Shown here piece by piece: positions 52,025 to 64,000 of a DNA stretch of 64,000 nt (positions within the stretch are counted from its first letter, which is position 1; each line of letters begins with the position of its first letter). The DNA lies in the NCBI RefSeq assembly GCF_006345805.1, contig NC_043003.1:94984001-95048000 (forward strand), in the 5' to 3' direction. Position numbers and translations under genes: made by a program. The DNA is from Octopus sinensis. Its lineage: Eukaryota. Below the pieces are notes generated by a model, which worked only from the letters and a program-made list of their open reading frames with translations, made no database searches and was not told the origin of the DNA.

Positions 52025-52363
52025 GTGCATTGTATAACTGTATTGTTTTTTTTTAAAGCCTTTGTTGTTGTTGTTATTATTATTATTCGAATGCTAGAAC
52101 CAGTAATGCAATGCACAAATTTGTGCTATTCAGATATATCTCTGTGTCCTTAGTTCAAATCCTTCCAAGGCTGACATCACTCATTGTCCTTCCAGGCTTG
52201 ATAGTATAAATGACAGTCAAATACTGTGGCCAATATTACTCGACTGTTCCCTCCCAACAAAAAAATTTGTGAATTTTGGAATGAATATCATAAATCCTCA
52301 TTCCTATTATTGAAATTGTTTATTTGATTGAGACTTAATGATTTTGACTTTTTATTTTTCCAG

Positions 52364-52463
52364 GCTTTGGTATTCCCTCAACACTTGTATGAAACAGCTT
52401 TCGAAGCAGTTGAAGGACAATGTCTCACTCTCCCTGTGAGGTTTTATGGCGCAGCTTTACTAA
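52364..52463 (+). CDS. TP53I11: TP53I11 homolog, internal exon (100 nt, phase 0-1)
   Basis: TTTTTCCAG|GCT...CTAA|GTAAGC; ALVFPQHLYETAFEAVEGQCLTLPVRFYGAALL aligns with recalled human [32 protein letters not shown]. Confidence 0.88.
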
Positions 52464-52469
52464 GTAAGC

Positions 52470-52669
52470 ACTCTTTACTCTTTTACTTACTTGTTTCAGT
52501 CATTTTGACTGCGGCCACGCTGGAGCACCGCCTTTAGTCAAGCAAATCGACCCCGGGACTTATTCTTTGTAAGCCTAGTACTTATTCTAGCGGTTTCTTT
52601 TGCCGAACCGCTAAGTGATGGAGACGTAAACACAACAGTATCGGTAGTCAAGCGATGTTGGGAGGACAA

Positions 52670-52714
<45 letters not shown>

Positions 52715-52875
52715 CAACAGGCTTCTTTCAGTTTCCATCTACCAAATCCACTCACAAGGCTTTGGTCAGCCCGAGGCTATAGTAGAAGACACTTGCCCAA
52801 GGTGCCACGCAGTGGGACAACCCAGAACCATGTAGTTGGTAAGCAAGCTACTTACCACACAGCCACTCTTGCGCC
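52470..52875 (-). mobile_element. SINE family A starting 6 bp after the splice donor
   Basis: Antisense full-length copy. Confidence 0.9.
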
Positions 52876-52879
52876 TCTG

Positions 52880-53052
52880 TTTATTATTAATATTATTATG
52901 GTCTGGCTCAAGTTCAGTCTTATTCCTGATAGGATTTATGTGGGTAGCAGGTTACTACCTATAACCTTAAGTATCCACGAGTTTTCAGTTGTCTTTCAAA
53001 TGCTTAGGACCCTCATGATAATCCTTGCTGTCCCTAGGAGATTAACTTTCTG
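52880..53052 (-). mobile_element. 3' end of an RLE-type (R4/HERO/NeSL-like) non-LTR element
   Basis: LQKVNLLGTARIIMRVL* matches the LQKxxLLGTARIxRxVL terminus. Confidence 0.55.
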
Positions 53053-54400
53053 TAGGAGCTGGCAGAATTGTTAGCACACCGGGCAAAGTGCTTAGTGACA
53101 TTTCTTCCTCCTGTATGTTCTGAGTCAAGGTCAACTTCATTTTTCATCCTTTCGGGGTCAATAAATTAATTACCAGTTGAACAGTGGGGTCATTGTAATC
53201 GACTAGTCTCCTCCCTTGAAATTTCTGGCCTTGTGTTTTTAGTAGAAAGGATTGCCGGGCAAAATGTGTAGCCGTATTTCGTCTGTCATTACGTTCCGAG
53301 TTCAAATTCCGCCAAGGTCGACTTTGCCTTTCATCCTCTCGGGGTCGATAAATTAAGTACCAGTTATGCACTGGGGTCGATATAATCGACTTAATCCCTT
53401 TGTTTGTCCCCTCTGTGTTTAGCCCCTTGTGGGTAGTAAAGAAATAAATATTAATATTCTGCTGAGGTTGATGAGCTCCCTCCCCCAAATTTCAGGTCTT
53501 GTGCTTATAGTAGAAAGAATTATTATTATTAAAGGCAGCAAGCTGACAGAATTGTTAGCTCAGTGGGAAAATTGCTTAGTGGCATTTTGTCTGTCTTCAT
53601 GTTCTAAGTTCAGATTCCATTGAGGTCAACTTTGCTTTTCATCCTTTTGGGGACGATAAAAAAAATACCAGTTAAACACTGGGGTTGATGCAATTGACTT
53701 TCCCCCTCCCCTAACACTACTGCCCTTGTACCAAAATTTGAAACCAGTATTATTAAGGTGGTGAACTGGCAGAATCGTCAGTATGCTGCGCATAATGTTT
53801 AGCAGTATTTCATCCATCTTTTCATTCTGAGAGCAAATTCCACCAGTCATCTTTGCATTTCATCCTTTTGGGGTTGATAAGTACCAGTTGAACACTGGGA
53901 CAATTTTAATCAACTTAGCCAATTCCCCAAACTTGCTGGCCTTGTGCCAAAATTTGAAACCACCATTATTGTTATTACTATTTCTTATTCATTTAGAGGC
54001 TAAAAAATTTTAAGTAAATGATTTCAGATACTCAATCATTGCTCAACCAAGGTCACATCTTGTCAAGTAGACTATGATAAAAAGGGTTTTCTTAAATTGT
54101 CATGTTTTAACATAGTGCAATGGTAACCCTAAGAGAAATTTTTTCCATTCCACTGTAAAATCAGTATTATTCTAGAGGTTGACTCATACTGATGGTACAG
54201 GTTTACTACTTTCACATTTGCTAAACATCTAGCCTTGTTTATCATATTTAACCCTTTAGCATTTAAACCAGTATATCATTACTGGAAAATTAAAATACAA
54301 GTAATTAAAACATAATGTAAAGTATAAAAGCCATCATTGAGATGGCTTTTATACTTTACATTGTCAAGTGGTTACTGTTTACATCTCGCTCTGAGATTTA

Positions 54401-55010
54401 ATTCGACGGTCATTCGGAATGCTCACAGCAGCCATATTCCTACCACTCTATGTCACGCTGGTGAGACCCATATTGGAGTATGGGATTCAAGCCTCTTCTC
54501 CTTATCTCCTCAAAGACATACAGCATCTCGAAAGAGTCCAGAGGCTGGCTACCCGCATGGTTCATGGTCTCAAAAATTGTCCTACGAAGAAAGGCTGAGG
54601 ACGCTCGACCTTTATTCTCTTGAAAAACGCCGCCGCCGTGGTGTGATCTCATTCTCGCCCACAACATCATAAGCGGGAAGTGTAACCTCTCGAAAGAGCT
54701 GTTCTTCACTCCTGCTCCGAGCGTCGGCTGCGGGGTCATTCCGAAAAGCTCTACCTGCGACGATTTCATCTCAATCGAAGGAGAGGAGCTTTCTCCGTCC
54801 GGGTTGCGGATCCGTGGAACAAGCTGCCAGACGAGATGGTGAAGATGCCGACGACCGCTTTGTTCAAAGCCTCCCTGGACCTCAAGTGGCCTGAACTCTT
54901 TACATGAACACCACCCTGTACTTAACTCCATGTCCCCCTACATGGCCTTGCTATTTGCTTTTGAGCCAAATTAACTAACTAACTAACTAATTAACTAACT
55001 AACTAACTAA
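54401..55010 (+). mobile_element. CR1-clade LINE 3' fragment with (TAAC)n tail
   Basis: IRRSFG...LYVTLVRPILEYG...LERVQRLATRMV...LSYEERLRTLDLYSLEKRRRRG; CpG-rich; frameshifted. Confidence 0.9.
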
Positions 55011-55398
55011 TGCTTACAGTCAGTTTTTCGAAATCAGTGGCAGACGTCACTAGAAAAACTCTTATATATTTGCAAAGCAGGCCTTGTCTTTCATCGTGAC
55101 CTGGTGGTTAGCGCCCGTTGATAAGAGACAATCTCAAAACTTGTCCGGTGCGTATCACTCAGGCTTATGAGAAAGGGATGGCCTCCCTTTGCAAATACCT
55201 GAAGGGCACAGAAAGTGTGTCTAAAGCCAGCTGGAGACATTGATCTCCTGGGGCTAAAAAGCTACAGTAACACCCCCACTTTGTGGTAGCCATATTGAGA
55301 TGGCTTTTATACTTTACATTGTCAAGCGGTTACTGTTTACATCTCGCTCTGAGATTTAATTAAAACACATATATATATACATATATATATATATATAT

Positions 55399-55703
55399 GT
55401 GGAGGTGCAATGGCCCAGTGATTAGGGCAGCGGACTCGCCGTCGTAGGATCGCGGTCTCGATTCCCAGACCAGGTGTTGTGAGTGTTTATTGAGCAAAAA
55501 TACCTAAAGCCCCACGAGGCTCCGGCAGGGGGTGGTGGCGATCCCTGCTGTACTTTTTTACCACAACTTTCTCCCACTCTTTCTTCTGTTGGCCTGCTTG
55601 CTTAGCCAGCGGGGTGGCATCATTTGAGGGCTAAAAACATTGCGAAGCACATTGTGACCAGCGATGTGTAGCAACATCTGATAGCCTGGTTGGTCACGAT
55701 GAT
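55399..55703 (+). mobile_element. SINE family C
   Basis: Same head and tail as 30298-30596; sits in (TA)n. Confidence 0.85.
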
Positions 55704-56252
55704 ATATATATATATATATTATATATATATATATATATATAAAACATAATATACATTAAATGAAGCTATATGTAATATGTTAATTCAAAAGATAATAATA
55801 ATAATAAGTAAATAAATTTACGTATCGTAACTTATAATTATCAATATATAACAATATAGAAATCAATATTTTTGCAAGAATAATCAAACAAAATTCAATT
55901 CAAAATTCAATAATATTGTGATAAAAGAAATGCATTACTTATCTTATCTAAGAAAATTTTTTAACTGAATTTTACACGTAAAAACATTTTTATAAAAAAT
56001 TAAACGTGTGAAGACGTTGCATAAATAAAAAAAAAATAGAATAAATGTATAGAATTATGTATTATATTAATGAAAATGATGAAAGATATTTAAGCTTCTA
56101 GAATCAGAGAATTATGAGAACAAAAACAAAACTATAAATTACTAATTGCTTGAAGATTTAAAGTCCAAATAATTAATACTAAAATACATAAAATATAGAT
56201 AATATAGTTAAATTAATTTGTATCACTACAATTAATAGATATTCATTGAATT

Positions 56253-56480
56253 AAGGCAGCGAGCTGGCAGAATCGTTAGCATGCTGGACGAAATGCTTAG
56301 CGGTATTTCGTCTGCCATTACGTTCTGAGTTCAAATTCTGCCGAGGTCGACTTTGCCTTTCATCTTTTCGGGGCCGATTAAATAAGTACCAGTTACGCAC
56401 TAGAGTCGATATAATCGACTTAATCCCTTTGTCTGTCCTTGTTTGTCTCTGTGTTTAGCCCCTTGTGGGTAGTAAAGAAA
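56253..56480 (+). mobile_element. SINE family B with ~17-bp TSD
   Basis: TAGATATTCATT(G/A)AATT at 56236-56252 and 56481-56497; many older family-B copies, e.g. 53050-53960. Confidence 0.85.
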
Positions 56481-57154
56481 TAGATATTCATTAAATTATA
56501 TATTCATTTATTTATTAAGAAACATCCAAGTTTAAATGTATTCAAATAATGTAATATAACATATAATATCATGCTAATTTATACACTAATACTACAATAA
56601 ATTATATCTACAATAAATTAGTAACATAAAATAGGGTTTTATATTTACGGAAAAATTAGCTAAACTTATTATATAAGTAATGTAATTTATGTTTGCATTT
56701 AATTTTACGCTCATCAAGGGAATTAACCAATATATAATTATTATTAAATAATATTTCCTTAAATTAATTAGAACACAATAAACAAGAATTACTGCCTATA
56801 CAATAAGATCTTGCCTTACAAATTATCTCCGAAGTTAATTTGTGCTTGGAGTAGAAATACTTATTATCAATATTCCACTGAGGTCATCTTTACCTTTCAT
56901 TTTTTCAAGATCAGTAAAATAAGGACCAGTTGAGCAGTGATAGGGGTTATTGTAATCAACTGGACCCCACTCCCTCAAAATTTCAGGTCTTGAGCCTATA
57001 GAAAAATGCATCATTATTAAGGTAATTCTGTTCTGGAGTAAACTGATATTGTATAAAGTTTGGTAATTCATTGTGATTACTTTAATAATTTTTCCTTGTT
57101 AATTTTTTGGGAAAATTTCCTGCTGTATATCCCTTTTATTTATTTATTTTATAG

Positions 57155-57256
57155 GTTTATCCTGGCTTTTCTGGAGTACACTTCATGCTATTGATCGAGA
57201 TGTGATCAAGACAGCCCTTATCACCAGCATCCTCTATTTCTTTGCTCATGTCCTTG
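57155..57256 (+). CDS. TP53I11: TP53I11 homolog, internal exon (102 nt, phase 1-1)
   Basis: TTTTATAG|GT...CTTG|GTAAGA; (S)LSWLFWSTLHAIDRDVIKTALITSILYFFAHVL aligns with recalled human [34 protein letters not shown]; phase matches the previous exon. Confidence 0.85.
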
Positions 57257-59153
57257 GTAAGACAGTAGATAGATCTAAGACCACTCATTTCTGTAGATCT
57301 TAGATTTCAGTTATTATTTTAATCATATATTTGTTAAAGCTTTTTTTCTTTTTTTTCTTTTGGAAATTCTTTCATTGAATTTATTAGGAATTAATATGTA
57401 TATTTTTTTTTAATTCTGTATTGTCAAAAATTTTTGCTGAACAGAGAAATTCTTTAAAAAATGTGAAAGAAATGATATAATATCAATCATATTTTCTGGT
57501 AAACAAGTCGACTTTTTCAGATCAAAATTTGCAGCCAAAGAAAGGTAGGTCGACTTGTACAGCAAGACAGTTTTGGAGGATCAAAAATTCTATGTGGAAT
57601 ACAGCAGGATTTGGAAAGAGAGCGAAGATGTTTAAATGTTTGCACCACATGTTTACACTATATACTATGATTTGTATGCCAGAAAATAGGGTAATGAAAT
57701 ATTATTTAAATCTGTATCCATATGCCTGTAAGATCATCATCAAAAAATCTAATACAGTTCTATATTTAAGAGATGAGGAATTATTTACAATATCCGTCAA
57801 TTGTAAATATAATGTAAAACAGCTAATATTTCTGATTGTTGATGGTGGATCTTCAAGATAATCCAATACAGAACATACTAAAATGGATCTCATTTACTCT
57901 CTCTCTCTCATCTGATCCATAGAAGGCCTTGACTGGAGAAATATAAACTAATTCTGTTGTTCTCACACAGCTTACAATAGTTCTCCTCAAAAATGTATGG
58001 TATCATCCACTGGGGGTTAGCAGGAAATATGAGAACTGAGGACAAAGAGTGCAGTGGAGAGGAGTAAAAGATGCATTTGTACCAGTAATTTTTTAGCCTT
58101 TGTCTTTTGTTTAAATCTTTTACCCTGTTTCAGTTATTAGACTGCAGCTACGCTGGGTCACTGCTTTGAAGAATTTTAGTTGGATGTGTCAACCCCAGCC
58201 CTTTTTTTTGTTTCTTTAAGTCCTGATACTTACTCTGTCAGTCTCTTTTGTTGAACTGCTAAGTTATGGAGATTGAGGATATAAACATACCAACATTAGT
58301 TGTCAAGCAGTGATGGAGAGCAAACACAAAGATGCACACACGTACAACAGGCTTCTTTCTGTTTCCATCTACCAAATCCACTCAGAAGAAGGCTCTGGTC
58401 AGCCCAAGGCCATAGTAGAAGACACTTGCCCAAGGTGCAGTGCAGTGGGACTGAACCCTAACCTATGTGGTTGGGAAGTAGTCTTCTCATCACACAGTCA
58501 TGTCTGTGTCTAAATGTTAACTTTTAAAAGATGTCTTAATTTAATAATAACCTTTTAACATTCAAATTACTCTGACGAATGTAAAGCTTATTAATTCGTA
58601 CTATTTTGAACAAATCATGTGTTATCTCATAGATTTGGGATTTTTATGATGTTATTGTCTATATTTAGAATGACATTGTAGGGTAAGTGTGAGAGACTAG
58701 ATCTGGCCGCTTCAAACATAAAACAGGAGGTATATTTGGGCCGGATGTGGCCAGTTTAAATGCTAAAGGATTAAGATAAATTACTTTTTACCCAGTATCA
58801 CAACTGTGTCAGTAGTAATAAAAGCAACATCAACAATAACAACAGGCTTCAAAATGAGAATAAATAAATGAGGCAACGACTGAGTCCATTTGGCATGATG
58901 CCGTGCTTGAGAAGAAGACCCATCAAACCAAGTAAGACTGCGGTCATCGCAGATACTGGTGTCATGCAAATGGCACATAAAAGAACCCATTACACTCTTG
59001 GAGTGGTTGGCGTTAGGAAGGGCAATCCAGCCATAGAAACCATACCAAAACAGACTGGAGCTTGGTGCAGCCTTCCAGTTTGCCAGCCCTGGTCAAACCA
59101 TCCAATTCATACCTGCATGGACAACGGACATATGATGATGCAGTTTTACCTTG

Positions 59154-59570
59154 TATGTCTGTATTCCAGAGTGAAAACCCCTTTTTCAGGACATATGGAA
59201 ATAGCAGTGATTGGAAAAGGTCATTGCTCAGATGTGGTGGGGGTGCAGAGGAGGAAGGAGGGAGGTGACATGCACAGACTGGTGTTACTATAGTGAACAG
59301 TATGCTTTGTGTAGTTCTTTTTTGTTGTTCATGGCTGGTCCCAGTTTGTTTATAAGTAGGGCTTCCATAATTCTGGGATTACCCATATTGCATTGGGTTA
59401 CCTTGATGGTGACTTTCAGATTCTAAGTTTGGTACTTATTAAGGTGTTTCTTTACTGAAGTGTCTGTGTGCTTATAAAGTATAATTTAATAGACAGTCTC
59501 AAAATTTGTTGGTATTTCCATACATATAATATAGGTGGCCACTGCACCTGCAGGGTTAGATAATGTCCTG
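59154..59570 (-). mobile_element. Penelope-like GIY-YIG endonuclease remnant followed by a fossil hammerhead
   Basis: RIMEALLINKLGPAMNNKKEL (PLE GIY-YIG C-terminal pattern); TATGTC-CTGAAAA-AGGGGT(TTTC)ACTCT-GGAATACA-GACATA at 59154-59195. Confidence 0.65.
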
Positions 59571-60066
59571 ACTTGATGTATGCACATATATATGCATATG
59601 TGCATGCTTAAGCATTTCTGATCCTTGCTATCAGTGTCATCTGTTAATCTCATAATCTACCCATGTGTATAAACAGACATATGAAAACTTGTATATGAGC
59701 AGAAGAAGCAATATATGGTTGTGATGGCATATAGAAAATGCATCTATATTGAAGTGAAGGTGCATGGCTCAGGGGTTAGAGCATCGAGCTTACGATCGTG
59801 AGGTTGTGAGTTCAAATCAGCCTTTGCCTTTCCCTTGGATAACACTGGTGGCATGGAGATGCTAGCTGGTATGCATGGGCGACTGCTGGTCTTCTGTAAA
59901 CAACCTTGCCTGGACTTGTGCCTGGGAGGGTAAGTTTCTAGGTGCAATCCCATGGTCAGTCATGACCAAAGGGGATCTCAGCTCATTGAAGTGTAAAGGT
60001 AATTTTCAACTGGTAACTGGTAACTATATATGAAGCACAGGGAATACACACTCAAGTTTGACTTAA

Positions 60067-60634
60067 CCCTCTTGTATTCAGACCAGCCATATCCAACCCA
60101 AATATTCTATCTCATTTTTTTTTGTCCAAAATGACCAGACCTGGCTTCTCACACCTACCCTACATTATTATTCATATAGTAAATATAGGCACAGACGTGG
60201 CTGTGTGGCATCTTGCCACACAGCCATGTCTGTTTGGTTCTGGATTCAGTACCACTGCATGACACCTTGGGCAAGTGTCTTCTATTGTAACCTCAGACCA
60301 ACCAAAGCTTTGTGAGTGGATTTGGTAGACAGAAACTGAATATATGTATGTTTGTGTGTCTTTGTATCTGTGTTGTCAACCAATGTTAGTGTGTTTGTGC
60401 CGCCATAACTTAGTGGTTTGATAAAAGAGACTGATAGAATGAGTACTAGACTTACAAAGAATAAGCTATGGGGTCAATTTCTTTCACTAAAACCATTTAA
60501 AGCAGTGCTCCAGCATGGCAATCAAATGACTGAAACAGGTAAAAGAATCATATACTTGAAATCTCCAAGCTATGAGATAATTCATGATTAATTCCTAACA
60601 ATGTAAATAAATAAGCATTACATTTGACAGAGGG
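60067..60634. mobile_element. piggyBac-type MITE with a nested family-A SINE
   Basis: TTAA-CCCT...AGGG-TTAA; internal sequence homologous to 6770-7057. Confidence 0.65.
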
Positions 60635-61961
60635 TTAAGGCAAATGCACACAGGTTGGGATCACTTACTAAGATTAAGCAGTGATGCATGAAATATTCAC
60701 TTATAATAGGGTGGTGCTGTGGTAAGTAGTCATTCTTGTCAACCATTATCTGGAACTAAATTACCCTGGCCTGATATTACATGTAAAGGTAAAATGGTAA
60801 AGGCTCCCTTTGTTCATGAATGACCTTTGGATTGCACCTAAAAAGTTACCCTTCAAGGCACAAGTCCAGGAAGGTTGTTGATGGAAGACCAGCAATCACG
60901 CTTCCATACCAGTCTCCCCTCTCCATGCCACTGATTTTATTCAAGGGAAAGGCAAAGGCTGACACAGCTTGGCACCTGTGATGTCGCAACTCATTTCTAC
61001 AGCTGAGTGAACTGGAGCAACGTGAAATAAAGTGTCTTTCTCAAGAACACAACACACAGCCTGTTCCTGGAATCAAATTCACTATCTCATGATTGTGAGC
61101 CCAATGCTCTGACTACTGGGCCGTGTATTCACATTAAAAATTGATGGGGGCATTGAATCATAGTAAGAGTCAGGGATGAGTGGAACATTGAAGAGATGTT
61201 TTTACAGCCTCAGTCATGAACTGGGATAGAATTCACTGGAAAGGTCATGAATGACAACATCAGAACTCTGACGATCAATAAGAGAACAATTGAATGTTTA
61301 ACCAACAAGTTAAACAAATGATTGATTAGGTAGTTGGATAGATATTTAACCAATTGATTCATAATAAAGAAATGGGACTGTTTCGTGGTCTGCTACCACA
61401 ACAGCTCCTTTATAGGATCCAGTTAGCTCAAGACATCATCAGGAGGAACCATGTTCGGTTTCGGCCCCTACTCCTCTACCATTTTGACGTGGCGGGGCCC
61501 TCCTCCTTTCGGAGGTGTCTTCAGCTCTGGTGTTGGGTGCCTGTCTTCTTTCTTCTTTTCCCTGGCCTCTTCGATGTATCGTCAGCCTGTGACTAACTGA
61601 CTTGTCAAATTTTTTCTTTAAATACCTGCCGCTAGGCTCCAGCAGGCAGCCCCAGCAAGTTGTCATGCGACACTGTCTCACCTTAACTGACTAGTGAAGG
61701 CGTGTAGTCTTAGCCTGCGCATTCTCTAAACGACCGTCTCCTGTCAGTCAGCGACGCTTATTCAGTGTCAGCTTGTCTCACCTAGTGATGTTATTTCCCG
61801 CTGGAATTGACTCTCTCTAGACATAACAAAAGAAAGGGGACATAGTTAAAAAAGAAAATTAGACATGTGAGAAGTAGGTGTAACTGCAATCCACTGACTG
61901 AAGCAAATAAAATAAAAGAAAGATAAGTGGTGCAGTAGGAGAAAATACACTGAAGTGTATC

Positions 61962-62010
<49 letters not shown>

Positions 62011-63152
62011 ATATATCCTGATCTACTGGGGGTCTTCATCTCAGAAATGTAAATCAAATCTTCTCTTCTGCCATTTGTTCTTATTAAGCTATGTCTTCTC
62101 TTGGAGACGAAGACCAGCAAGAGTAGAGCATATTGACCACAGACTCAGTATTATACTTGTAACAAGATGTAAACATTTTGATACCATTATCAATTCAACC
62201 ATCTTCAAGTTTTTCTGAAGAATATTGATTAGACTAAATTCAGTTTTATAATAAAAACTAGTCTTGCAAAAATTAGTTGTAAAAGAAAGAAAAAAATGAT
62301 ACCTTTACTGTTATACTGGTTTTTCCATGGTTCGAAAAATTATTAACTTGGCAAACTTTTTTATTTTCTCACATTATTTCCTCTGCAAACATCAGCATGC
62401 TCACATTATATTAAACACTAACTTGCAACAGAAAAATAAAGTTAGATCAGAGAAGAGTTTTACAGAAAAAAAAATGGACAAAATTAGATTCAAGGCAGAT
62501 GATGTGTATGCATATGTACACACATACACACACACACACACAACACACACACATGCTATATTGACGAAATTGTTGAAAGAGAAGTGACAGACATTTATTT
62601 TTTTCATCAAGCTGTAATGAGTTTTTTTTTGTTTTGTTTTGGGGGTTTTTTTTGGGTTTTTTTGTAGTATGAATCTGAAAAAATATTTAGTTATGAAATG
62701 GAGATAAAAATATATTCAGCAGTGTAGATTTTGGTAGTATCTTTATGTAAGTATATTTCTTTACGACTGGGAGGAAAAAAAGGAATTTGAATAGAAAAAA
62801 AAAGCAGTTGTTTAGTATGTACCAGAGAAAATATGAAGCATAAAAACATTTGGCTATAAATATGGTGATAAGGTTTATTTTAACATTTAGTGACTGTGTA
62901 CCTCATCTTCCTAAAATATTTTATCTAGGTGCAGGCATGGCTGTGCGGTAAGAAGTTTGGTTCCCAGCCTCATGGTCCTTGGTTCATTTTCACTGTGTGG
63001 CATCTTGGACATGTGTTTTCTATATGTACATAGGCCGACCAAAGCATTGTGAGTGGATTTGGTAGACAGAAGCTGAAAGAAGCCTGTCATATATATATAT
63101 ATATATATATGTCATATATATATATATATATATATATGTCATATATATATAT

Positions 63153-63185
<33 letters not shown>

Positions 63186-63353
63186 GTCATATATATATAT
63201 ATAATTATATATATATATATTATATATATATATATAATTGAATAAGGGTAGAAATTGATATTAATCAATTAAAACCTGTGGCCTAGCATATTAAAAAAAT
63301 CCGAAGATTAAAATATTTTTTACATACAAAATTTAAAGGACTGACCACTAAAA

Positions 63354-63584
63354 GTGACAAGGCCGGCCCTTTGAAATACAGGTACAACAGAAACAGGAAG
63401 TAAGAGTGAGAGAAAGTTGTGGTGAAAGAGTACAGCAGAGATCACCACCATCCCCTGCCGGAGCCTCGTGGAACTTTTAGGTGTTTTCGCTCAATAAACA
63501 CTCACAACACCCGGTCTGGGAATCAAAACCGTGATCCTATGACCGCGAGTCCGCTGCCCTAACCACTGGGCCATTGCGCCTCCA
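63354..63584 (-). mobile_element. SINE family C, 3'-shortened
   Basis: Head TGGAGGCGCAATGGCCCAGTGG; tail type shared with 268-606. Confidence 0.85.
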
Positions 63585-64000
63585 TAACAAGATAAATATC
63601 AGCACACGCGCAATGAATTAATGCAATTGGCTTTTTTCTCTCATCTAAATGTTTAACCTTTTAGTTCAGCAACAACTAGTGTTTTCTTATCCTCTCTCAT
63701 AACAATTTTCCACATATTGGATTGATTTGAACAAACTCAGAAATTTAGAGAAAGTGCTTGTTACAACATAATTTTTTCTTCCTTTTCTAGTTGTCTGAGT
63801 ATATCCCTTTGCAGTCCTGTCCTGCCCTTTCCCAACACCTGACAACTATTACTCAGATGTATGTGGATTTAGTTACTTGGATTATCAAAAGTTCAGACTT
63901 TCACTCCACATTGATTTTCACCCCCACAGAACCTACCACTTCTTCAGCTCCGTATGTTAGCTCACTATGAACCATGCACTAGCCAACTGCACTTATTTAA

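Noticed and set aside
55740-56850. Very AT-rich tract as a regulatory or origin element
   Set aside because: No specific motif or recognisable structure
62-63268. Most short ORFs in the track (IYIY, CVCV, THTH, MMMV-rich)
   Set aside because: They are translations of microsatellites or SINE strands with no protein motifs
57257-64000. Candidate last TP53I11 exon (acceptors near 57530, 57960, 62090, 63660)
   Set aside because: Phase-1 translations hit early stops or show no similarity

Overview
AT-rich, repeat-dense eukaryotic DNA. The SINE/LINE repertoire and TA/GAT microsatellites suggest an octopod cephalopod (inference). Only about 310 bp of host coding sequence is visible: three + strand GT-AG exons (33438-33545, 52364-52463, 57155-57256) that splice in frame into a 103-aa membrane-protein segment matching TP53I11/PIG11. 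The first and last coding exons were not found, so the whole window is probably inside this gene. The rest is transposon-derived: tRNA-headed SINEs (labelled A-D here), RTE and CR1/L2 LINEs, a complete but dead hAT/Buster element, Tc1/mariner and piggyBac derivatives, Helitrons (one head-to-tail pair) and Penelope-like (PLE) termini. The most notable signal is a set of about 11 minimal type-I hammerhead ribozyme motifs from several unrelated PLE-like families. Three pairs are divergent inverted copies, and one near-intact copy lies in sense orientation inside a host intron next to its own antisense twin. All folds and identities were judged by eye; nothing was computed.
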